This document shows, piece by piece, positions 38,775 to 50,404 of a stretch of 64,000 bases of DNA; the stretch's first letter is position 1, and each line of letters starts with the position of its first letter. Made by a program: the position numbers and the translations under genes. The notes below the pieces were generated by a model. It was not told the origin of the DNA, did not search any database, and saw nothing but the letters and a program-made list of their open reading frames with translations. Source of the stretch: Cycas panzhihuaensis (Eukaryota; Plantae; Cycadophyta); the NCBI GenBank assembly GCA_023213395.1, contig CM041465.1, positions 59,341,741-59,405,740 on the forward strand. Reading direction: 5' to 3'.

Positions 38775-40553
38775 ATGGATTTATAAAATAATTAAGATTA
38801 ATCAAATACTCATATCCAAAGTTATAGCCATTTGAATTTATAGTAATAAATTTTAAGCCCTAAAAAAAGTGATAGATAATAGACCAAAACTAAATTCCTT
38901 ATAATTTTGTAATTTTGCTCCAAAAATTATGGTATAACCATTTAAAAGTTTCAAAATAAGATTTTTCAACTTAAATTCATAATTATATTTTTGAATTTCT
39001 TCTATTTATACTCTTAAAAATGCAAATAATTCATATACTAAAAAAAAATCTCTAATACCACTTAATGTGATCTTAAATTGGATCCACTTTTTCAAACATA
39101 AAAGAAAACTGAAATGAAAATTGAATAACAAAAATTTCCCTAGGCATAAATTACTAAATCAAATTAGGTTTAAACCAAAAATAAAACTTACATAATGAGT
39201 TAGGGGGCTCTTTTATTTATAGGTGCTAATAAGGCTCCCTATTAAAAAAAAACTTTAATAATAATATTAATAATAAAATATCAACTTCCTAATATAAAAA
39301 ATTAACTTCATATTAATTTTAAAGTACTATCTATAAAAATTAACTTTTAATAAAACACCACTTCTCTTTAATAAAATAGGATTGGTAGATAATCTCTAGT
39401 ATGGTCACTAGAGATGTAATCTTGAGAGGGTAATGAGACTCATACAACTTAATTAAAGACTGAAGACTAAAGGCCCAAGTCAATGAAGGAAGGTCCAACA
39501 ACCTCTCTTAAGATTCTATGCACCTCAAGGGCATAGATATAGGTGTGAAGGATGTGCAAAAGAAGAGGATCTCATATGCTAAAGGAGAAAGAGGTGAATG
39601 GAGATGTTGCAAATAAAATACAAGATATCTATCTAAGCTACTCAACAAGTATAAAACTCATAAACTATACTTAAAAGAAAACATCAATCTCACATGAGTA
39701 AAGCAAAATAAATACCTAGTTATGCTAACCCTCTTAGAAGAGGAATACAACACCCAAAAAAACCCTAAATATTAAGAGAGTCACCAAGGCATGAATGGCC
39801 TAAATATTATTGAAATCTTATGATCTTATCCATTATTCTACTTTCCAAAATTAATGACCTATCTTAAACCCACCCACCTAATGGATATGTACATTGAACT
39901 AAACTAGACTAAAGAGGGGTGATTATTTAAGAGAAGGAAACTATATGGAGCTAAATCATGGGGTAGAGACAGTAATCTAGTGATCAAGCATTTGGAAACA
40001 AAATATACCAATCCTATCCTAAGTGTATATGGTGGCTAAGGTACTACTTGAATTTAACTCTATATAATATACTCCTTAAGGAAGAAATAGATAAAAAATA
40101 ATAATTTTAATAGGTCTAACAATGTTCAATTAACTTCTAGTCATAATAGTTTTCCATAATTGACCTATATAGATAGCAACAAGAGTAGCCTAATCTTTAG
40201 GTGTAAGACTAGTATAATGGCTGATAATAAAATCCAACTTGTTACTAACTAGTTGCTCCTCTAACTAGGTGACATTATATCCCAAATAGGCAAAAGAGAA
40301 AATAAAAAGTACTATATATAATCTAATATGTGATTACATTTTGTATTCATACAATAATTAAATATAACTAATATACAAACCTATAACCCTTGGGTTTAGG
40401 GACTTGCAACTCTGTGTGGCAATCCCATTTTCACCATAGATCTCTTATGCAATAAAGGCCCTCTATCTAAGACCTAATTCTTTTTACTTCTTTTATTTTA
40501 GTGATTTAATTAAGTTATTAAAATACAAAAAGATAATAGGACAATATACCTCC

Positions 40554-40592
<39 letters not shown>

Positions 40593-40635
40593 GAAGTATA
40601 TGCATATACTTCTATGTGTGTGTGTATGCATATAC

Positions 40636-40672
<37 letters not shown>

Positions 40673-40717
40673 TACACACACACACACACACACACACATA
40701 TATGTATGTATGTATGC
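40554..40717. repeat. Compound microsatellite (GT)n-(TA)n-core-(TA)n-(CA)n with a palindromic core
   Basis: Read directly. It contains the perfect 26-bp palindrome ATAGAAGTATATGCATATACTTCTAT at 40590-40615. Confidence 0.95.
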
Positions 40718-41293
40718 AAATGTGAAATACATGCAACTAAAATTCATTTCTTTTATTTTATATTAGAAGTGAAGATTATAAGAAAGAAAAATATAATTAC
40801 TCTTTAAAATACAATGTATAGAATTGACTTCTTTTCCCCTTTTTTCTTTTAAGAAAATTAAACTCAAAATAATAAGGAGAGATGGAGTTATACCTATTAG
40901 AACTATGCCCAAATTTATCACCCCTTTTTTTTTTTTGCCCTTTCCTTTTTCACCACACCAAATAAGATAATCACTTAGATTCACTCATTAGATATTAGTA
41001 AAAACTAGGCAAAACCTGACAATACTTTTACTTTCTAGATTAATCTATGATAGAAGAAGGTTTATAAAGCTTAATAAAAATGCCAAAAACAACATTTAAA
41101 TATGATTTTGATATTAATGGAATGTAATCATACCTAAAATAATTTGGGCAACATTTCCCCTATTTAGGTAGGTGAATTTCATACGAGGGTCACTTGGAGT
41201 TTGAGTATTCTTCCCTTTACTACTTACAGTTGGAAAACTTATAGATCACTCCTCTTCTTATAATGTTAGCTAAAAAGAGGTGAAGTCTGTTTA

Positions 41294-41343
41294 TCTCTCT
41301 CTCTCTCTCTCTCTACATATGCGCACGCACACACACATACATA
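41294..41343. repeat. (TC)n followed by short (CA)n microsatellite
   Basis: About 10 TC units, then CACACACACATACATAC. Confidence 0.9.
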
Positions 41344-42789
41344 CAATGTAATAATAATTAATTTCAAAACTTTAATTGCTAGATTTCAAAACATAAAATA
41401 AGTTATTCTAAAGGCCTCATGTATGGTTTACCATCACCACCAATGGGTCCTAAGTAATTAAAAAATCTCCTTTAATCGTAAATGACTCCTTTGGTAAAGG
41501 AAGAATGATAGATATAGGAATAAATAGAACAAAGATAAAGTAATAAATAAGTTGAAGTAAGCAACCAAATTAGCAAATAAAAGAGATGAATGATGAAGCA
41601 AAAGTCATTAGTTGAAGTTGAGAATAATAAGTGGATTTTACCATAGAATTACCCATAGTCATTGGCATAATGGCTTGATGATTTAGGGTCCTAGTTATTT
41701 GCTTCTCAATCTATACTCTAGTCTCCTCCAAAGTCTCTTTCAAATGACTTTTAACAAAGCATGAAATAAGGTAAAAGATCAATAGAGAATATGATAACAC
41801 TTTATTACAAATTTTTTCTTCCTCCTCCAAATGAAAATGTGGTTCTATTTATAGAATTTAAGGGATGGAAACAAGCCAATTATTTTGACAACTGTCATGG
41901 GTGAAGCCTGTGATATTTACCTATGGTTTTGAAAATTAAAGATTAAAGATTTAATTACAGTGAGTGAAGAATTTTAAGACATTTCCTTCCATGTATTGAG
42001 AGGGACATGGTTTTGGATGAAAATAAGAGGTAATACCATGTGTTCCTTTTCTAAAAAAGGTTGTAGTGGGTGGGGAGGTACATGCACATTGGAGTAATTC
42101 CATGTTTGCTCCCATGAGACTAAGCAATAAATTCATGGTTGAAAAGTAAGTCAAAATATAATAAATTTATAAAAGTAACATGCTCTCAAATTTAGAATGG
42201 TGCATGATGTACTATTTTAAAATTTAGAAAGCTATGCCACATCATATTTTATTATTTACAATGGTACATTTTCTATTGTTTTATTTTTTTTATAGTACCA
42301 ATATACCATTGTAGAAAATGAAATGGTATATGATGCATTATTATTTTTCACATTATGCCATTGTAAATGAGGACCTCATGTTGTTATATAAAGGTTCATG
42401 TTATCATTTTTCAAAATAGTACATCTAGTACCATTACATTTTTCATAAGGGTATATGGTATACCATTATGAAAAATGAAATGATATGACTCTAAGTAAAA
42501 GATTGAAAAATGGAAAACTTTTAAAGAATACAAAAATAAAAAATGATCAAGTGGGAAAAAGATGGAAGAGGTCATTTAGGACATAAAAAGGATTCCTTTT
42601 TTGTCAAATGGGGCCTGAGCATATAATTTATATTGTACCACTTATAGTTATTTATTATCATAGGTCAAGTTCTCATACACTCTCACCAAATAATACACAA
42701 GCATTAGTTCACATATATATTAAAGCATACAATCAAATGGAAATGGTAATATCAAGTACATACCTATGTTACCTATGTATTGACAAATG

Positions 42790-45193
42790 TTGAAATTCTT
42801 GATTCTAGGAAACACAACATTTGTGGCTTTTATGTGAGTTGTTACCAAAGCATAGCTTGCTAACCTTGGTGGAGGCTTTCTCACTTTACTTAACTTCTTG
42901 AGGACTAGTTTTATGCATGCGCTTACTTTACCACTCCTTCATGGATTTCTTTTACTTGTGAGCTTGAAGTCTCTTTTACTAAAGATCGTGGTATCATTAT
43001 AACTCCCACTTCTTGACTGTGTGGTATAACTTCATTGAAGATCATATCTCAACCATTTAAAACTTAATTTGTGTCAAAGTTACACAACCTATAATCTTTA
43101 GTATCTTTACAAAATCTCAAAAAATTACAACATTCACTGTTTACATCCAAATTTAAGCATTTTTCTTTGGGAATACAAACATAGGCTTTCCACCCAAATA
43201 TCTTTGAGTGTGCAACTAAAAGCTTATTACCACCCGATGCTTGCATAATCTTCATATTCAATACCTTTTCTAATAATATATTGTTGATGCAGGCTATTAT
43301 AGATATTATTTTAACTCTGAAGTAATTATCAAGTGTTATATACTTTAACATGTGTCTTATATTTTCTATCAATGTTGTGTTATTCTAGCCACTCTATTTT
43401 TTTTAGGAGAATATGGTATGTTTATCTACTTGACTATGCCATTATTTTTCATAAATTTTTGTTAAGTCCTTTAAGATATACTCCCCATTATTGTCACTTT
43501 GGAGAATCTTTACCTTCTTCCTAATTTAATTTTCCACCAATACCTTAAATGCTATGAACTTTTCTAAAATTTTTCATTTTTTTTAATGAAATAAACAAAA
43601 ATCATTTTAGAAAAAGCATCAATGAAGGTGAGAAAACAATTAACACTACCACGTCATATGATCTTCATTAGTTTACATATATTTGTATGAATAAGCTCTA
43701 ACAAATATTTGGTTCTCTTAGCACCCTTTTGTGGAAATTCTTGGCTATGTTGCTTACCATAAATATACTCTTGGTAAAAATTTATCTTTCCTCCATTTTC
43801 AAGTTCTAAATCAAGAATGAGCTAGCATTGATACATTTTCTTCAAACCTTGTATATTGAGATGATGAGGTATATAATTCCATATGTTAATTTTATTTCTT
43901 TCAACCACATTTATACTTTTAATTGTAATTAATGGGGAATAAAGAAAATTGTACAAGCTCCCCATAGCTATTTGCCCTTTATTAATGACCAACATGAACT
44001 TTTCCTTATGAAATTAAACTTTAAAACTACCATTCAAGATTTTTTTAAATGATCAAAGATACTTTGTCAAGATCAAGAATATAAAGTATATATTTTATAG
44101 TTTTTCAAGCAATATTTTCAAGATAAATAGAAATAACACCCTTACATTCAAAATTATGAGTTGCTTCATCATCTAAGTAGACTTCTCCATTAGAATTTAA
44201 CTACTTATTGGTAGAGAAATACTCTTTATGTGGTGTTAACATAAGAAATACAATAGTTATTTTATAGTCATAAGCATTACTATAAGAAATAAATCTCTAA
44301 TGCCACCAAATTTATTTTCTTATGGTGCTTTCTTATGTTCTTATATCTTTTTTAATAAATCTTTCTCATGGTGCCTAGCCATCTTATGGTAGTAGTGCAC
44401 TTCTTTCTTCTTCTTTCACTTACTAGAAGATTAACATGGGCCACAAGGATCTTTTTCCCTTTGATTCTTTGAAATTTAACCTAAGAGTAGTAATGATTCT
44501 CTAGTGCTTGAGCCAAGCATACTCTTTCCTCTTATCCCCTCTTGAAAAATTAGACCATTAACCTTGCTCATTGTAAGCTAATCCATTTTACTTCTTAGAG
44601 AGACAATCAAATTCCTATATAAGTTTAAAAGACTTCCTAATAATATCATCATAATACCATCTTTAACAATCTTTGAAGCAACTATAATTAATGGATCCAC
44701 AAATGATTTCATAATATTGATGTTAGTTGTAATATTCTCTCCTTCATTTATCTTCAAGGTGAAGAATTCTTTTCTTGAAATTATGTAAAGTATCCCATAT
44801 ATCTTTTGAAAATGCTACATGGCCAACATGGAGCAACTAGGAATCCTTAAGGTTAAGCAAAACTTCTAGCAGTGCTTTTCATCCTTACTCTTGTATTCTC
44901 TAAACTTTGGATTTGCTTTAGTTAGCATCTCTAAATCTCCATTTGTAATGCTCCATAGATCCATTCTATAAGAACTATATGTATTTTAAGCTTATAAAGA
45001 GAACACGTTTCTCCATTAAACTTCTCAATAATGTGTTGTTATACCAATCTTATAATTATTTCTATACAATACCTAAACAAATAACTTATATATTTTAAAA
45101 AGCTTTCTCATGGTCCCATTGAATTAGTAACTTTTTCAATTCAAACTTTGGAAACTTTTAATTCTCTAAATTAGAAACGAGGCTCTCATACCA
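42790..45193 (-). mobile_element. Truncated Ty1/copia element D (PBS, gag to integrase)
   Basis: The minus-strand PBS TGGTATGAGAGCC is at 45181-45193 and gag starts FNGETCSLYKLKI at ~45020. Integrase motifs are FLTFIDAF (~43620) and ORF 43064 (KIFGWKAYVCIPKEKC..LD....C.FL...DTKDYRL). No RT is visible. Confidence 0.82.
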
Positions 45194-45269
45194 TATCAAA
45201 AGTAAAAAGAACCTAAAGGTACACAATGATATAAAGAATATTTAAAAAATATAAGAATAAAAAAAATGG

Positions 45270-45270
45270 G

Positions 45271-45324
<54 letters not shown>
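45270..45324. repeat. (CA)n microsatellite in the presumed LTR of copia D
   Basis: Interrupted CA run. Confidence 0.95.
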
Positions 45325-45429
45325 AATTTAGCATGTAAACTACCATATAAATTGACATGCATAGATGCAAATTGACATGCATTCTAATATGTAAACTAAA
45401 CCTCCATTAGATTTAATTGTTTTATACTT

Positions 45430-48400
45430 TCTAAGATATAAGAGAGCTATTAAATATAGGAATAAATATAGAAGCATTGAGTTAGTGATGAGAGAGTATA
45501 CCATTATATCTCAAATGTATGCCATTCCAATTGGGGTTGTGGATGTAATATTGAATTGACAATGATTGTAGGCATTACCATATTTGCTATGATCTTTAAA
45601 AAATTATTTATCAAATTTAACATGAAGGGTAGAAAAATTGGGTGAACTGTTAGATCAAAAAGTGGAATAAGATAACCTATGGGGGCATCTTTGATATTAA
45701 GATCTAGACACTGGAGGAATTAAAGGATCTTGAGGAGAAAATTCAGGATCAAGGGAGGACTCCTTCCTTAGACCAAAATGCAAGGGGTCTTCTTACCAAG
45801 CTAGAGGGTGTTTTGGCTAAGGAGGAAACATTCTAGAAATAAAAATCTAGAGCCTTATGGCTTACTAAAGGAGATAGAAACACAAAAAATTTCCATATGA
45901 CAACGTTAAAACATAGAGCCTATAATCAAATTAAATCTCTAGTTAATAAGGATGGGGAGGAGATATCAGAGTAAAAAGCTATGAAGTAGTAGTCAAGTAT
46001 TTTAATAAGCTATTTAAGGAACTAGATTGCATAGATAAGGAAGCCATAATGGAGATGCTGGCATTAATCCCTAAGAAGGTTGGTATGGGCATGAATAGAG
46101 CTTTAGAAGAACCTTTCTCAATGGAAGAGGTGAGGAAAGCTGTATTTGGTATGAAGAGGGATAAAGCCCCTAGACCTAATGGATTCCCTCCTAGCTTTTA
46201 TCAGGAATACTGGGACATCATTAAAAATGACCTCCTGGATGTTGTGAAAGAATTATCAAAGAATAAGAAGATTCATGGAGAATGGTAGGGCACTTTTTTT
46301 GTTCTGATCCCAAAGAAAGGTGATACTAAGAGAATGGGGGATTTTAGGCCTATTAGTTTGTGTAATGTGAAGTAAAAAATTTTAGCTAAGATCCTAGCTA
46401 GTAGCCTTAAGGAAATTCTCCCTTTGATCATAGGCCCAAATTAGGATGGGTTTGTAAAAGGAAGATAAATTCTAGATGGTATTATTATGGTCCACGAGAT
46501 AATGCACTTTATCTCTTAGAGGAAAGAGGTTGGTATGATAGTCAAGATCAATCTTTTAGAGGCCTATGATAGGGTCTCATAGGGGTGCTTGATAGAATAT
46601 AATGGAGCCTTTGGCTTTAGTGAACAATTGAGGAAATAGATTGAGAGTTGTATCAACAAGACAAGCTTCTTAGTGATTGTTAACAACACTTATTTTGCCT
46701 TCTTTCTAGGCTATAGGGGCTTAAGACAATGGGACCCTCTAGCTCCATACTTATTTATGATCATGGCCAAATTAATAGGTAGATCCATGGAGGAGACTAG
46801 GAGAATTGGTAAGATTATGGGATTAAGACCCACCTCGAGTATTAATAATGCAATCCATCAACATTTTATAGATGACAACATGTTCTTGAGAAGAGCATCT
46901 ATAAAGGAAGCAAAAGCTATCAAGACGGAGCTGTAAAAATTTGAGGCAACAATGAATCAGAAGGTAAACCTTGATAAGAGTAATATTTTCTTTTTGAACA
47001 CTCTAGAGAGGACCCAAAGAGTTATTAGTAGGATCCTAGAAATTCCAACCAAGTTGCTTCCTACTTGGTACCTTAGACTATCTCTTTTTATAGGTAGAGT
47101 AGAGAAGGACCTTTAAGACCTAATAATTAATAGGGTACAAGGGAAATTATTAGGTTAGAAGGGGGCCTTACTAAGCCAAGTAGGGAAACTCCAACGTTTG
47201 GTGGCCTCCCTCTAGAACATTTCTAGTTACATGATGTCTTTGTTTAGGTGCCTAGGGAAGGTCATAAGTTCCTTAGAATCCATTCAGAAAAGATTTTTAC
47301 GGTCTAAGGGTGAAGACAGGGAGAGGATCCATTTAGTGTCATGGGAGAGAGTTTACCTCCGTAAATAGACAAGTGGTTCGAATGTTAAGGATATTCCTAG
47401 TTTCAATAAATCCCTGATCACTAAATTAGGGTGAAGCCTTGTTGTAAAGGAGGAAAGATCTTGGTGCAATATTGTTTCCTAAAAATATCTTAGAGATAAT
47501 TATTAATTCAAGCATAATGCCCCAGGTAAGTAGGGTTGATAATTTGGAGGAGTCTAGTATATGCGAGGAAGATGCTAGTACTAGGGGATTATTAGTGCCT
47601 TGAGGATGGAAAGATAATTGACTTTTAGGAGGATATCTGGTGCGACCAGACCCAACTAAATAAAAGATCATCCTTGTGCCTATACATGCTATTTATGACA
47701 GTAATTATGGGAAAAAGGTGGAGGGTTACTGGGAGGTCTATAAGGACAAGAAGGTATGGAAAAATATCAAAGGAATCCCTTGTGAAAGTGTTGGAGAGTA
47801 GCATAAGGTAGCCCTCAAGAAGGAGATAAATAAAATGTATATTCCTAGATTCTCAAAAAATGACTCTATGGTTTAGCTTGGCATCCCCTCAAGGAGCTAC
47901 ATGGTTAAATCTAGTTACTTATTCTTGATATCTGAGAAAGGTATAAGTGAAGATAAGCTCCTTGGGAAAATTAGGAACATGGGTTTAATTCCTAAGATTG
48001 CCATATTTTGGTGGCTATGCTTCAAGAATAAGATTCTCACCCTAGATAATTTAAGGAAGAGAGGTTTTTTACTAGAAAATAGATGTACTCTCTGCCTTGA
48101 AGAGGAGGAGACCCTAGATCATATTTCTATACATTGGCCCTATACTTGGGAGGTGTGGACAAAGTTATGGAGCTCCCTTGGGGTATCCTAGGTCCTTCCT
48201 GGGACTATGAAGGACCTAACTACTACTTAGGTAAGCCCTTATAGGATCAGGACCTTGAGTTCCTTGTGGTTAACCTCTTTACCCATGCTATTATGGAATA
48301 TTTAGAAAGAAAGGAATAACCGTATATTTCAAGATAGAAGTTTGAACAAATCAAAACTATTAGGGATCATTAAGGTAGCCCTGAAAGAGTCCCTCAAGGA

Positions 48401-50400
48401 AAAGGAGGAAGGTTTAATCTCACCCAAGGAATAGAAGATTCTAGCAAGCTAGGGTATAGTAAACCTTAAACAAAAGGCAAAAACTAAGAGGCAAGGAGTA
48501 TGGGGCCTCCCATCGGAGGACTGGGTTAAAGTTAATTTTGATGATGCATTAAAAGGTAACCTTAGTGAGGTAGAGGGAGGTAAGTTATATAGAGATATAG
48601 ATGGTAAGGTTCCTTGGGACTTTGCAAAATATTATGGTAGTTAGACAAACCATAGGGTGGAGCTTGAAGTGATGGAAAAGCTATGGACTTAGCTGCCAAA
48701 GAGGGGTACTCGAAAGTTATAGTGGAAGGAGAGTCCCTAAATATGATAAAACTAATCAAAGGAGAAGTAGAGCTATACTGGAAGCATAGGTCCATGATTA
48801 ACGATGTTAAGGTGATGATTCAAGGGAGAGAAAATTCCCATATGGATCATATCTACAGGGAAGGAAATGAGGTTGCAGATTGGCTAGAAAACTAGGGGGG
48901 TTCAGTTTAGGAGGAATGTAGTGTGGAGGGATGATTTACCTGAGGAGATGATGGGTCTAGTCAGGAAAGATCTAGGGGGTATAAGCTTTAGCTAAGTCTA
49001 GGATGTATAAAGCTATCCATCAGGCTTTTCATGGCTAGGGGAGACTATAGCATGATAGGTAGAGTTCCTAGGGATAGCTAGGCCGTGGGCTTGTCACGAT
49101 GGATCTATGTAGCTAATAATGGAAGCCTTTGTATAGGGGTTGGGGTCCCCTTTTAATCCCCTCATTTATTTAGACTAAATAAAAAAAAATAGGAGGGGGG
49201 GGGGGGGGGTAGAAACTATAAACTCTAAGGTTTTAAACCTCTAGAAATGTAGTTAGTATCATCCTTAAAATAGAAAATATACTAAGGGTGGGTTTCTAAA
49301 GTCTTATTGTAAGATATTACTCCCTTGAGGCTAAAATATAGATGGAGATGTATGCTTAAAATATATCAAAAGTTTTAAAGAAATATTCAAAAGTATTATA
49401 GGATTTACTAATTGAATTACCATGAGATTAGGGGATAGAACTTGTAGTTTGATTACAATTTAAGTCCATTCTAATCAATGTTATACCATGTCATCATTCA
49501 TACATCATAAAAAATAGTTATAAATAATCATTTAAGATCTACTAAAAATAGGAATAATATCATATAACAAAAGTCCATATACTGTACCTATGGTATTAGC
49601 ACAAAAAAAAGATGGCTTATTTTGTATATAGATAAACATTAAGATATTAAATAAAATAATGACTTAAATTAGTTTTCTAATTCATAAGTTTGACAAACTC
49701 TTAGATGAGTTACATGAGGCATAGTACTTCACTAAGCTAGAAGTATATTCAAGATATTGTCAAATATATATCTACTATAAAGACACCCCCAAAGTATTTT
49801 TTAACTCTCATATAGGATATTATGAATTCATCATCATAACCTTTATATTAATCAATGCACTAGCTATGTTTTAAATTATTATGGATAATATATTCCACCT
49901 TATTTTAAAGAAATTATCCTTGATTTCTTTGATGATATCTTAGTATACAATAGGAATTAGAAGAAACATTTAAGACATATTAACACTATTTTATAAGTGT
50001 TTAAAGAGAATGAATCTATGGAAAAATATCTAAATGAAATTTTAAAAAATAAGAGGTCAAATACCTAGGTCATGTTATATAATTTACGTTAGTAAAAGTA
50101 AAACCTAAGAAAAGTAATCTATATTAGACTAGTTAACCTCTAAAAATGTGTTTAAATTAAAAAACATTTTTAGTTATATATGATATTACTAAAAATTTGC
50201 CAAATTTTATATTCACCTCTTTATAACTTTGAAGTAATTTGATAAAAAAGATTTATTCTAATGGAATAAGGAAGTGTTAGACTTTTTTAAATAATTAAAA
50301 TAATAAATGATGATACTTTTAGTTCTTCATATTTCTCTAAAACCTTCTTCCTAGAATATAATGCTTTAGTAATAGTTATTGGGGTAATGATTATGCAAGA
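45430..50400 (+). mobile_element. Chromoviral Ty3/gypsy protease-RT-RNase H remnant, split by a LINE at 45636-49189
   Basis: Before the LINE it reads MYAIPIGVVDVIL..Q*L. After it come RT motifs (SHIGYYEFII; FFDDILVY at ~49925; EVKYLGHVI) and the RH start (FFLEYNA...IGV). The frame FIKFNMKGRNYKL*G is restored across the LINE. Confidence 0.8.
45636..49189 (+). mobile_element. 5'-truncated L1-clade LINE: ORF2 RT, zf-RVT, RNase H, poly(A)
   Basis: WLTKGDRNTK, KAPRPNGFPPSFYQEYWDII, FRPISLCNV, GLRQWDPLAPYLF and QHFIDDNMF (RT); KILTLDNLRKRG..CTLCLEEEETLDH (zf-RVT); WVKVNFDDA..GN, VIVEGES and HIYREGNEVADWL (RNase H). The A-tail is at 49177-49189 and the TSD core GGGTAGAAA is on both sides. Confidence 0.95.
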
Positions 50401-50404
50401 ATAG

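Larger units (their letters stand above)
20998..39398 (-). mobile_element. Old gag-only non-autonomous LTR element (~3 kb without inserts); LTRs ~20998-21327 and ~39066-39398; hosts two copia insertions
   Basis: Diverged ~330-bp direct repeats share AAAATAAAACTTACATAATG.GTTAGGG...TATTTATAGGT...CAACTTCCTAATATAAAAA. The minus-strand PBS TGGTATTAGAGA is at 39049-39060 and the PPT AAAGGAGGAA at 21328-21337. A capsid-like stretch PIEWSDKV...YMGK*AQEW...PNWEHF...FFIRFK lies at ~30940-31125. Confidence 0.72.
39399..42785 (-). repeat. Probable 5' LTR/leader of the Tat-like element whose gag lies at 17800-20811
   Basis: Non-coding. On the minus strand it starts TGTCAATAC at 42785, has degenerate ATGGTAC repeats (42190-42480) and CTATAAATAG at ~41845-41854. 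The layout resembles 50400-53400. It becomes contiguous with the gag leader once the 21.0-39.4 kb insert is removed. Confidence 0.4.
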
